DNA of 41,519 nt from Myxococcota bacterium (lineage in GTDB: Bacteria; Myxococcota_A; Bradymonadia; UBA4248): assembly GCA_045597285.1 (NCBI GenBank), contig JAZODZ010000640.1:1-41519 (forward strand), given 5' to 3'. Position 1 is the first letter of the stretch. Each line of letters opens with the position of its first letter. A program made the position numbers and the translations under genes. Shown here piece after piece: positions 1 through 9,200 of this stretch. A model generated the notes under the pieces. It had not been told where the DNA came from. It searched no databases and saw only the letters and a program-made list of their open reading frames with translations.

Positions 1-453
1 ATTTGCGACACCAAAACAAATAAATGTGTCGACAATACCAATACATGCGAAAACCTCGGTGAAAAGCGATGCAAACCGGGCGACAAAGACACGCCGCAAA
101 CCATCATCGAGGAATGCAAGGAATCCAAGGGAAAACGATATTGGGAAACGATTCAAACTTGTTCAGATAATACTCCCGTGTGTATTACCTCTCCCCTAGA
201 CAATACCCCGAGTTGCGTACAATGCGATATTTCTGCTATGCCAAATATGAACACTGATTATAACGGTTATCGTTGCGATCCCAATAATGACCGCAAACGC
301 CAGTCTTGCCAGTATGGTCAATGGAAAGATTTTCAACTTGTGAATCAGGATTGCAGCAGTAGCGAAGTGTGTGAGGAAAAGAGCACGATTGCCAAGAATG
401 ACAAAGGTGAATATCTGACTATCTGGGACGCGAGATGTGTTAAGAGAGATTGA
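1..453 (+). CDS. Cys-rich secreted repeat protein, 5'-truncated by the window edge (last 150 aa)
   Basis: Frame 1 is open from nt 1 (ICDTKTNKCVDNTNTCENLGEKRCK...) to TGA at 451-453. It has 14 Cys in 150 aa, with paired spacing like the 15854-17299 protein. The listed ORF 178-453 is only its GTG-internal tail. Confidence 0.6.
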   Translation: MCDTKTNKCVDNTNTCENLGEKRCKPGDKDTPQTIIEECKESKGKRYWETIQTCSDNTPVCITSPLDNTPSCVQCDISAMPNMNTDYNGYRCDPNNDRKRQSCQYGQWKDFQLVNQDCSSSEVCEEKSTIAKNDKGEYLTIWDARCVKRD

Positions 454-460
454 GGTTTTT

Positions 461-510
461 AGCGAGGGGCCTCACTCGCTGCTATCGCGCCTCTTTCCAT
501 TGGGAGAGGC
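461..510 (+). repeat. Family-E repeat copy (GGCCTCAC..GCTATCGCG..CCTCT..CCATTGGGAGAGG)
   Basis: Hand alignment matches the reverse complement of 22345-22417. It contains hairpins AGCGAG/CTCGCT and GCCTCT/AGAGGC. Confidence 0.6.
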
Positions 511-517
511 ACGGAGT

Positions 518-602
518 ACGCAAAGTCGTGAAACAACGAAGCCCGTTAGGGCTTCCATGTTTGTAGCCCCGGTTGGCGCGTAGCGCCTACCGGGGAATCA
601 GG
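518..602 (+). repeat. Family-T two-hairpin repeat, copy 1
   Basis: ACGCAAAGTCGTG..GAAGCCCGTTAGGGCTTC..GTAGCCCCGGTTGGCGCGTAGCGCCTACCGGGG..ATCAGG. It is near-identical to 701-778 and 35549-35634. It has hairpins GAAGCCC/GGGCTTC and CCCCGGT..ACCGGGG with a nested GGCGC/GCGCC. Confidence 0.75.
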
Positions 603-700
603 AAAAGTTTCCAAGATATGAACTCCATAAGTGTTCTGGTTTTGGGGGATTCCGTTAATCCCCCGGCGTTGCCCTAAGGAAGGGACAAATGCTGTAAATG

Positions 701-778
701 ACGCAAATAATAGAAGCCCGTAGGGCTTCCATGTTTGTAGCCCCCGGTTGGCGCGTAAGCGCCTACCGGGGGATCAGG
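701..778 (+). repeat. Family-T two-hairpin repeat, copy 2
   Basis: This is a direct repeat of 518-602 about 180 nt downstream, with the same two hairpins and a few substitutions or indels. Confidence 0.75.
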
Positions 779-842
779 TTATTCAACCATAACCATCCCC
801 GTAGGGGATTCCCCAAAAACACATACAATAATACAAAATGTC

Positions 843-885
843 CCTTCCTCAGCTCCATTGGAGAGGGGGACAGGGGGGTGAGGCC
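843..885 (-). repeat. Family-E repeat, shortened copy in inverted orientation
   Basis: CCATTGGAGAGGGGG..GGGGGGTGAGGCC corresponds to CCAATGGGAGAGGGG..GGCGGGGTGAGGTC at 22378-22417 with the internal GCGATAGC segment deleted. Confidence 0.5.
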
Positions 886-929
886 AGATGATTGTTGGAA
901 AATCGCCCTACAAAAGATTATGACTTAAT

Positions 930-3900
930 ATGCGAGAAAAAGAACGAATCAATAACCTGCACGAAACAGGAATGCTCGAAGTCCTCTCATGCTTCGATCG
1001 GCCGCAGCCGACAAACATCTGCGGCCTGAACCCCGGCTCAACAGCCCTCCTCCTGTCTGAACTGCACGCCAACCGAAAAAAACAAATCGTGATCATCGCC
1101 TCCAGTGATCAGATCCTCCAGCAATTGCAAGACAATATCGCATTCTTCTCGCGCCGTGCCGCCATGGAATGCGTCCATATCCCCGAAATCCAGGCTGGTA
1201 TTTACAGTGGCGTCGCACAAAATCGACGTCAGGTCGCCGCTCGAATCCAGGGCCTCCACAAACTCCGCAACGACCACCCAAAACTCGTCCTCACCAGCAT
1301 CAACACGCTCGCCCGACGAACCATCCCCATCCAGGTTTTGCGCGATAATTCCATCCTACTCCGTGCCCATACCGAATGCGATATGGACATCCTCAAAGCC
1401 CGGCTGCTCGAAATGGGTTACGCGCAGGCCCAGGAAGTCGATACCCCGGGAACATTCGCCATGCGCGGCGGAATTATGGACATCTACTCCCCCGCTCATC
1501 CATTCGCCGTGCGATGCGAATTCTTTGGCGATGAAATCGACGAAATTCGCTCCTTCGACGCCGAAACGCAATGCACCATCGAAAAACGCGCCGATGCCAT
1601 CATCCTCCCCGCATCCGAAATCCTATTAACACCCGAAAATACAAACACCGCCATCAACCATATCACCGAGTGGGCCGACGAACTCGAGTGGCCGTCCAAA
1701 ATTACACGAAAAAATCGCGAACAGCTCGAAGAACGCGTCCTTTTCTGGGGCATTCAGGCCCTCATGCCGGCCTACTATGACAACACTTCGACGCTTTTCG
1801 ATTATATCGATTCAGACGCCGACGTCTTCTGGATGGAACCCGAACTCTGCCTCGATACCTATAAAAAAGCCGCCGAAATACTCGACAAACAGTACCAGCA
1901 CGCACTCGACGAATCGCGCCTTGTCTCACCGCCACGCGATCACATCCTCAGTTTCGAGTTCATTCAGGATAAACTCGCAGCACACAAAATCCTATATACC
2001 GGCCTCTCCATCGTACTCGGCCTCAATCACGGCGATACCGCATGGTTCGACTCTCTCGACAACGGCGATCTCGTCGCGCAGCGCCGACAGATGACAGGAC
2101 AACGTTCCGAAGATTTCCTCAAAATCCTCGTCGACAATATCGGCGAATGGCAAAAGGTTTACGGAGAAATCGCTATCGTGGCCCACTCCTCCGGTATGCT
2201 CGAACGCCTCAGGGCACTGTTCCGCCCACTCTCGATTCCCATCGCGGTCGCCTCTGGGCCGTTCAATATCCACATCGATCGCGAAGCCCCAGCCCAGGGC
2301 ATCCGCCTCTATCAGGGAACGCTTTCCTCCGGCTTCCGATACGCCATCGAACCCGTCGCCGTCATCACCGAATCCGAAATCTTCGGTGCCAAAACCATCC
2401 GCAAACCGACTAAAAAACTCGACGACACGCACGTCCTCAACTCGTTCCGCGACCTCAAAGTCGGCGATTACGTCGTCCATACCGATCACGGCATCGGACA
2501 ATACCAGGGCCTCGTCACGCTCGAAGTCTCTGGCATCAAAGGCGATTTCCTCTTTATTACCTACGCCGACACCGGAAAATTATATATTCCCGTCCAACGC
2601 CTTCGAAGCATCCAGAAATACGCCGGTGCCGAGAAACCCACAAAACTCGACAAACTCGGCGGCGGCGCATGGGAAAGAACAAAAGAACGAGTCCGCCAGA
2701 ACGTCAAGAAACTCGCCATCGACCTCATCGATCTCTACGCAAAACGCCAGAATAAAACCGGCTTCGCCTTTTCAGAACGCGATCCCTTTTTCCAGGCCTT
2801 TGAAGACGATTTCCCTTACGAAGAAACGCCCGATCAGGCCAAAGCCATCGATATGGTGCTCAAAGATATGCACCAGCCACGCCCCATGGAACGCCTCGTC
2901 TGCGGCGATGTCGGGTTCGGAAAAACGGAAGTCGCCATGCGAGCCGCCATGCGGGCCGTCCTCGACGGAAAACAGGTCGCCGTCCTCGTGCCGACGACGA
3001 TCCTCGCCGAACAGCATTACGAAAACTTCCTCCGCCGTTTCAACGGCCACCCCGTCACCATCGAGTCCCTCAACCGCTTCCGAAAACCCAAGGAAGTCAA
3101 GCAAATACTCGCCGATCTCGCTATCGGCAAAACCGACATCCTCATCGGAACGCACCGCCTCCTCTCCAAAGACGTCGTCTTCAAGTCGCTCGGCCTTCTC
3201 ATCATTGACGAAGAACACCGTTTCGGTGTTGCACACAAAGAAAAAATCAAAAGTCTCGCCGAAGGCATCGACTGCCTCACGATGACTGCCACGCCCATTC
3301 CTCGCACGTTTCAGATGTGTCTCGGCGGCCTCAAAGACCTCTCCGTCATCGAAACGCCTCCAAATGATCGGCTCGCCATTCACACTTTCGTCGCCAAAAT
3401 GTCCGAAACCATTGTCGCCGAAGCCATCGAACACGAGCTCGCACGCGGCGGACAAGTCTATTTCCTCCACAATCGCGTCGAGGAACTTCCCCAGTATCAC
3501 GAGATGATCCGCCGTCTCGCGCCAAAAGCCCGAATCGCCGTCGCCCACGGTCAAATGCCCGAAAAAGACCTCGAACAGGCCATGTTCAGCTTCATTCACC
3601 ACGAAGTCGACATCCTCCTCTGCACGACGATCATCGAGTCCGGCATCGACATCCCCTCGGCAAACTGCCTTATCGTCTCCCATGCCGAACGCTTTGGGCT
3701 CGCCCAGCTCTACCAGATTCGCGGCCGCGTCGGACGCTCGTCGGAACGCGCCTATTGCTACCTGTTGACCGGAAAGGACGAAATTTCAGACATCGCCCGC
3801 GAGCGACTGTCGGCCATCGAACGCCTCACCGAACTCGGTTCGGGCCTCGAAATCGCCTATCTCGATCTCGAAATGCGCGGTAGCGGTAATCTCCTTGGCG

Positions 3901-4454
3901 CAGAACAAAGCGGTAATATCGCCGCAGTCGGCCTCGATATGTACGCCGAACTCCTTCAGGAAGCCGCCAACGCAATCCAGGGCATCCCGACCGATCTCAA
4001 TATCGAATCCGAAGTCAATCTCCCCGTTTCAGCCTACATCCCCGACGATTATATCCCCGACGTCCAAATGCGCCTGCTCATGTACAAGCGGCTCGCAAAT
4101 GCCGAAACCGTCGATCAGCTCTACGACATCTTTGGCGAAATCATCGACCGCTTTGGCAAAGCGCCTAAAGAAGCCAACGCGCTCAAGGATTCGTTCGAAC
4201 TCAAGATTATGCTCGGTGCCCTCGGCATTAAATCGATGGATGCCAACTACACCTCGATAATTCTCGATATCGGCGACAATTCAAAGCTCGATCCCATGAA
4301 ACTCGTCGCGATGATCTCCAAAAATCCGCGCCTGTACTCGTTGCGCCAGGACAAAAAACTCATTCGTTATCTCAATAAGTCCGAGTCCGAAGCCCTCGTC
4401 GAAACCGCAAGCATCTATCTCGATGAACTCCGCAGTATTTGTACCACGCCGTAA
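930..4454 (+). CDS. mfd: Transcription-repair coupling factor Mfd
   Basis: 1174 aa. It has the CarD/TRCF motif GDYVVHTDHGIGQYQG, Walker A GDVGFGKTEVAMRAA, DEEH box LLIIDEEHRFG and TATPIPRT. The length is typical of Mfd. Confidence 0.95.
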   Translation: MREKERINNLHETGMLEVLSCFDRPQPTNICGLNPGSTALLLSELHANRKKQIVIIASSDQILQQLQDNIAFFSRRAAMECVHIPEIQAGIYSGVAQNRRQVAARIQGLHKLRNDHPKLVLTSINTLARRTIPIQVLRDNSILLRAHTECDMDILKARLLEMGYAQAQEVDTPGTFAMRGGIMDIYSPAHPFAVRCEFFGDEIDEIRSFDAETQCTIEKRADAIILPASEILLTPENTNTAINHITEWADELEWPSKITRKNREQLEERVLFWGIQALMPAYYDNTSTLFDYIDSDADVFWMEPELCLDTYKKAAEILDKQYQHALDESRLVSPPRDHILSFEFIQDKLAAHKILYTGLSIVLGLNHGDTAWFDSLDNGDLVAQRRQMTGQRSEDFLKILVDNIGEWQKVYGEIAIVAHSSGMLERLRALFRPLSIPIAVASGPFNIHIDREAPAQGIRLYQGTLSSGFRYAIEPVAVITESEIFGAKTIRKPTKKLDDTHVLNSFRDLKVGDYVVHTDHGIGQYQGLVTLEVSGIKGDFLFITYADTGKLYIPVQRLRSIQKYAGAEKPTKLDKLGGGAWERTKERVRQNVKKLAIDLIDLYAKRQNKTGFAFSERDPFFQAFEDDFPYEETPDQAKAIDMVLKDMHQPRPMERLVCGDVGFGKTEVAMRAAMRAVLDGKQVAVLVPTTILAEQHYENFLRRFNGHPVTIESLNRFRKPKEVKQILADLAIGKTDILIGTHRLLSKDVVFKSLGLLIIDEEHRFGVAHKEKIKSLAEGIDCLTMTATPIPRTFQMCLGGLKDLSVIETPPNDRLAIHTFVAKMSETIVAEAIEHELARGGQVYFLHNRVEELPQYHEMIRRLAPKARIAVAHGQMPEKDLEQAMFSFIHHEVDILLCTTIIESGIDIPSANCLIVSHAERFGLAQLYQIRGRVGRSSERAYCYLLTGKDEISDIARERLSAIERLTELGSGLEIAYLDLEMRGSGNLLGAEQSGNIAAVGLDMYAELLQEAANAIQGIPTDLNIESEVNLPVSAYIPDDYIPDVQMRLLMYKRLANAETVDQLYDIFGEIIDRFGKAPKEANALKDSFELKIMLGALGIKSMDANYTSIILDIGDNSKLDPMKLVAMISKNPRLYSLRQDKKLIRYLNKSESEALVETASIYLDELRSICTTP

Positions 4455-4473
4455 CGCTTTTTTATTTGTAATG

Positions 4474-4562
4474 GGCATTGCTAAGTGGCTCCGCCACTTA
4501 CGCAATGCCGCGCCGCCTATCTGCGATACGGCGGCGCCGCCAGGCTATTGCATACGCCTGGC
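4474..4562 (+). repeat. Family-H hairpin cluster (3 tandem modules) directly after mfd
   Basis: The modules are GGCATTGC-TAAGTGGC-TCC-GCCACTTA-C-GCAATGCC, GCGCCGCC-TATCTGCGATAC-GGCGGCGC and GCCAGGC-TATTGCATAC-GCCTGGC. The TA(T)...(A)TA-C core is conserved and the GC arms differ. Confidence 0.75.
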
Positions 4563-4627
4563 TTCCCCCATGCATCATTTCACTCCCCCCGTCTAATTCA
4601 GCCCCCCTCTTAGAATCTGAATAATTC

Positions 4628-4668
4628 CCTCCTGCCTCATCCCGATTAAACCATGTAATTCAGACACT
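4628..4668 (+). promoter_or_regulatory. Family-U conserved upstream element, copy in front of the Ser/Thr kinase
   Basis: CCCTCCTGCCTCATCCCGATTAAACCATGTAATTCAGACACT. It aligns with the reverse complements of 41470-41519 and 22204-22246. It ends about 127 nt before the ATG at 4795. Confidence 0.4.
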
Positions 4669-4794
4669 CTGCAAGAATTTGAATAACTACATGAGTTTTC
4701 AAAAAATTATCACATCGTGCCCATTATCAGTTATAAGGCTACTCCGTGTATCCTTAACGAAGAATGGATGCTTCAAAGACGGTGAATAAGAGAC

Positions 4795-6174
4795 ATGAAT
4801 AACCAAAAAACACTCGTTCCCTCACAGATTACCAACAGTCAGGAACAGCCAACGCAAAGCTGTCCAGATGGAACTGTGATCGGCGATCCCAAAAATGGCA
4901 ACTGCTACCTCGTTGAAAAAATGCTCGGAAAAGGCGGTTTCGGCGAAGTCTACCTCGCTTCCCAGTTAGGCAGCGGAATGAAAGTCGCCATTAAAATCCT
5001 TCTCGACGAATGCTATAAAGACAAAAAAATTGTCGATAGATTCATCACCGAAATCAATGCACTTCAAGCTGTCCAGCATTGCAATATCGTCAAAATGCAC
5101 GAACGACTCGAGGTCGATGAACGTCTCTATATCGTCATGGAGTTCGTGAAGGGAAGGACACTCGAAGATTATATTCTGTCGGGCACTGTCTTTTCCGAGA
5201 TGCAGGTCGTCGACTTCGCGCTCATTCTCGCCGATGCCCTCGAAACCGTACACAATGCTAATATCATTCACCGCGATGTCAAAGCATCCAACCTGATGCT
5301 CTCGCAGAATGGCAAGCTCCTTACCCTGACACTCCTCGACTTCGGTATCGTGCATGTCGACAACTGCGTCTACAAAACGCAGTCCGGCATTGCTTTCGGA
5401 ACGCCACAATACATGAGTCCCGAACAATGCTACGGCCAGGAAGTCGACAAACGTTCCGACATCTATTCCTTCGGTATCGTGCTCTATTTCATGGAATGCA
5501 ACCGCCTGCCATTCGACGATCCAACGCTCTGGCGCGTCATGCAGGCACAATGTCAGCAACCCGTCCCGGATTTCTCCAGAGCCGACGGTTCCCCGGTTCA
5601 TCCCGAAATCGAACGCATTATCCGTCAGTGCCTCGAAAAAGAACGCGATTTCCGTTACCAGTCTTTCTCAGAAGTTATCGATGACTTGAAAAGCATCGTT
5701 CAGCTCACGTCATCCAACAATTCTACGGCAGCTTCTGACAACGATCCAAAGCTGGTTAAAACTGCAAAATTTGTTCTGCCCATCGTCTCGCTCGTACTCG
5801 TGATCATTGCATTTGTCTTTGCCTGCATACTGACGACGACAAAATCAGAACTCGTCATGGAACCCGAGCTTACGTCCTGCTTCGATTCGTCCCAGGAAAT
5901 GCAAACTCAGGCCGAAATCGATGAAATCTTCGAGCACACCATCGCCCCTGCACTTCGCAATCAAATCCTTGAAAAATGCGCCCCCGAGGATAACGATGTC
6001 GCCCATTTCGATATCCGCATCACCGGCTCCACGATGGGTATCAACTTCGAACCCCAGTATTTTGGCTCGCACAAAGCCGATTTCTGCATCGAGAATCAAG
6101 TCCGGGGCTTCGATTACGGATGCTATCTCAAATTCAAAGGCGTCTATCGAAGAAGCATCACGTTCAAAAAATAG
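4795..6174 (+). CDS. Membrane-anchored Ser/Thr protein kinase with a small extracytoplasmic C-terminal domain
   Basis: It has the Gly loop GKGGFGEVY, VAIK, catalytic HRDVKASNL, DFG and GTPQYMSPE. A TM helix (FVLPIVSLVLVIIAFVFACILTT) is followed by ~110 aa containing four Cys. Confidence 0.9.
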   Translation: MNNQKTLVPSQITNSQEQPTQSCPDGTVIGDPKNGNCYLVEKMLGKGGFGEVYLASQLGSGMKVAIKILLDECYKDKKIVDRFITEINALQAVQHCNIVKMHERLEVDERLYIVMEFVKGRTLEDYILSGTVFSEMQVVDFALILADALETVHNANIIHRDVKASNLMLSQNGKLLTLTLLDFGIVHVDNCVYKTQSGIAFGTPQYMSPEQCYGQEVDKRSDIYSFGIVLYFMECNRLPFDDPTLWRVMQAQCQQPVPDFSRADGSPVHPEIERIIRQCLEKERDFRYQSFSEVIDDLKSIVQLTSSNNSTAASDNDPKLVKTAKFVLPIVSLVLVIIAFVFACILTTTKSELVMEPELTSCFDSSQEMQTQAEIDEIFEHTIAPALRNQILEKCAPEDNDVAHFDIRITGSTMGINFEPQYFGSHKADFCIENQVRGFDYGCYLKFKGVYRRSITFKK

Positions 6175-6226
6175 GCGAGTGTGGCGAAATTAGAAGCAAA
6201 TCGCCCTAAAAGGGCAATGAATGCAG

Positions 6227-9200
6227 CTATTGCCCGCAAATCCGCATCAATTCAGCGATATCCATATTTCGACGGGTCGCCATGTCACCCCATTGATCGC
6301 GTTCGATCCTGCCGGGATGGAAATAACGCGCCTCGGGATGCACAATCGTCATGCCGCAGATTGACGCGAGCGGTTGCATCATAAATCCAGGCGTAAGGGA
6401 AATGCCGATTTCATGCGCCCGTGTGAGCCTGAGAATGTCTTTTTTGAGGCTGTGATCGGGCGAAATTGGATATCCCGGGGCAGGGCAAATGTAATTTCCA
6501 AGCGGACGGACGATTTCTTCGTGCATGGTCACGTTGGCAGCCTCGACGAGTGCCGCAGCCAGTGTCTGCGCGAGAATCGCGATGTGTTCGCCATCGAGCC
6601 CGACATCCGGAATATCGGGCAAGTTCTCCATGCCATCGCACGACGTGGACAGAGCAAAAAGCCCAATGCCCCCGTCCGATTCGGGAATCCAATCCGCCAG
6701 CGCGTCATGCGGAAGATTTTCCTGCTGAACGCGAATGCCCCAAAGCGTCGTCTCCGAATCGGGCAACACGATATCGTCTCCCGAACGACAGGCGGGCAAA
6801 AAGATAAGGCGTGCCTGTGTCTGAAGGCATCCAGTCTCATCGGCATGACGACATAGAAGGTGAGACTGCTGTCTTAAAAGTTGCCGTGTTTCTGGCGTTT
6901 TGGCCGCCAGCGTGCGTTCGACAAATGCCCAGTCCAATCGCGCATAAAGGTCGTGTGTCGTCCACGTCAGGCGACGCAATCCCTGGCAAATCTGTACTTT
7001 GATTGCGGCCGTCAACTCGGGCGAAAACGTATGCGCCGGAGCCAGTTTTCTGGCCTCGGCAATGGATACCGTCGGCCTGTTCTGCGCCTGTGCGGCCATC
7101 CGAATTTGGGCGTGTTTTTCTTCGAGACGGCGGATAAATTCGGACTGCGTTTCGGGCGAAAGCCATTCTTTCAGCACGCCGGGAACTTTTGATGCATCGG
7201 CGATATGACAGCAATGCCCAGGCGCATAAGCCGGTGCAAGGTGCAAGGCCGCGTGCGCGTCATTGGCGGCCGCGCCACCGACGAACAACGGAACGCGAAT
7301 TCCTGCATCATTTAAGGCTTTCGCGACATCCACCATGACGCCAAGCGACGGCGAAATCAAACCGCTCAGGCCAATTGCATCGACATCGCGTGCGGCTTCG
7401 ACAATGCGTTGTGTTTCGACCATGACGCCGAGATCGATGACTTCATAGCCGCTGCATGAAAGCACGATACCGACGATGTTCTTGCCAATATCGTGGACAT
7501 CGCCAAAGACCGTGGCGATCAGGATTTTTTTGCGCGTCGATCCATGCTCTGTTTGGGGAATGGGCAGGCAGGCAATGGCCTGTTTCATCATTCTGGCGGC
7601 CTTGACGATCTGCGGAAGGAACATTTCGCCCCGCCCGAATCGCTCTCCCACCTCGTTCATGGCATCCATGAGCGGCCCTTCGATGATTTGGAGCGGTTTC
7701 AGCCGTTCGCTGAGGGCGTTCATGTCGTCTTCGAGATGCTTGGAAATGCCATGAATAAAGGCGTGTTTAAGCCTTTCTTCGGGCAAAAGCGCATCGCTTC
7801 TATCGTTTTGAACGGGTTTGGTATCGCCTTCCGGTGCGTGCGTTTTCATCCATTCGAGAAGGTTTTCGAGCGCATCGTCACCGCGACAGGCCACGAGATT
7901 GTCGGCAAGCCTGTCGAGTTCCGGATCGGATTGAACCGACATCGTCGCCGGATTTGCTATGACCATCGTGAGATCTGAACCCGCCTGACGAAGAAACGCC
8001 GTGTGAATAGCCGCACGAACATCGTCGCGCCCGCGAAACGAAAAGGACAGATTGCTCAAACCGCCGCTCGTGTGAATGCCCGGAAAGCGTTCGCGCAATA
8101 GGCGGCATGTTTCGATAAAGCTGACGGCCTGATTGGCGTGTTCCTCGAGGCCGGTGCCAATGGCGAGTATGTTGGGATCGACGACGATATCGGAAAGGCG
8201 GAAGTTTGCGCGTTCGAGGAGCAACTGGATGGCTCTGGACAGAATGCTGACGCGACGTTCCGTCGTCGAGGCCTGCCCTTTTTCGTCGAATGCCATGATG
8301 ACGACAGCGGCACCCAATGCATGGATTTCGCGGGCATGCTGCAAGAATTCATCTTCGCCATTTTTAAGGCTTATCGAATTGACGAGGCATCGTCCCTGGC
8401 ATTCGCGAAGCCCGACGCGGATGACTTCAAAATCACTGCTGTCGAGCACGACGGGGTAACGGGAAATCCACGGCTCGGCATTCATTCTCCTCAGAAATTC
8501 GCGCATACACAGCGGAGCCTCTTCGACAGAATCCATGCAGATGTCGATGAGTTGGGCACCTTGTTTCATCTGCGAACGCGTCACATCGAGGGCTTCATCC
8601 CATTTTTTTTGTTCGATGAGCCGTTTGAACCGACGCGAACCCGTCACATTGGCACGTTCTGCGATGACCATTCGACCTGTTTCATCGATCGTTCCAAGAC
8701 CGCACAGATCGAGTTTGTCGAGTGTTTTGGCGGATTTCAGCGGACGGATGTGATCGATATTCCTAACTTTGCCAGCAATGGCACGGATGTGTTCGGGGGT
8801 TGTTCCGCAACAGCCTCCGACGATATTGAGCCACCCGTTCTGCACGAATTCCGCGAGTTTTTGTGCCATGTATTCGGGCGAGTCGTGGTATGCGCCCGCA
8901 CTGTCCGGGAGACCGGCATTGGGATAGCAACTGATGGCGATATCGTCGGGAACGGATTTCGCGAGAACCGGCAGAAATCGTTCCATGTCGAGGACGCCAA
9001 AACCGCAATTCAGGCCGATCACGGCCGGATGAAATGCCGCAATCGTCTGAACAAAGGCTTCGAGTTCCTGGCCGCACAAAAGCCTTCCGGCCTGATCTGC
9101 GAGTGAGGATGAAACCATGATGGGAACAACGGTTCCAGTCGCTTGAAATGCAGATTGGGCAGCATAGAGCGCGGCTTTCGCGTTGAGGACATCAAACGCC

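Larger units (their letters stand above)
468..885. mobile_element. MITE-like composite non-coding element: inverted family-E ends flank two tandem family-T units
   Basis: The outer 8 nt are a perfect inverted repeat (GGCCTCAC at 468-475, GTGAGGCC at 878-885). Each end carries the CCATTGG(G)AGAGG hairpin. Two tandem family-T units lie inside. There is no credible ORF. Confidence 0.35.

Noticed and set aside
698-928. A 76-aa ORF in the first intergenic region.
   Set aside because: It runs straight through the family-T and family-E repeat copies, and its peptide simply translates the hairpins. A near-identical repeat at 518-602 is not in an equivalent ORF. No RBS is present.
2386-3285. A 299-aa same-strand alternative-frame ORF inside mfd. 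Related ORFs lie at 1105-1629 and 1777-2094.
   Set aside because: The translation is Ser/Thr/Pro/Arg-rich low complexity, as expected from reading a C-rich coding strand out of frame. The mfd frame is continuous with all helicase motifs.
4474-4562. Whether the tandem hairpin clusters (this locus and five others) could be CRISPR arrays.
   Set aside because: There are only 2-3 units per locus, and the units differ in arm sequence and length (25-36 nt). They are directly abutting or separated by 1-3 nt rather than by constant-length unique spacers. No cas genes are present in the window.
6212-6234. The hairpin GGGCAAT-N9-ATTGCCC between the convergent kinase and metH genes as a terminator.
   Set aside because: It overlaps the metH stop codon, has no U-tract on either strand and only a 7-bp stem. 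That is too weak to call.
8138-9106. A 322-aa ORF antisense to metH. Similar long antisense ORFs occur at 14406-15389 (malQ), 16043-16828 (Cys-rich gene), 22509-23651 (CxxC gene), 23632-24663 (phosphatase), 35756-36499 (rplU-rpmA), 36447-37331 (obg) and 37947-38612 (pfkA).
   Set aside because: The explanation is the same codon-aligned antisense register; I checked 8138 against the metH frame ending at 9721. The opposite strand encodes proteins with unambiguous family motifs. None has a credible RBS or any domain signature.
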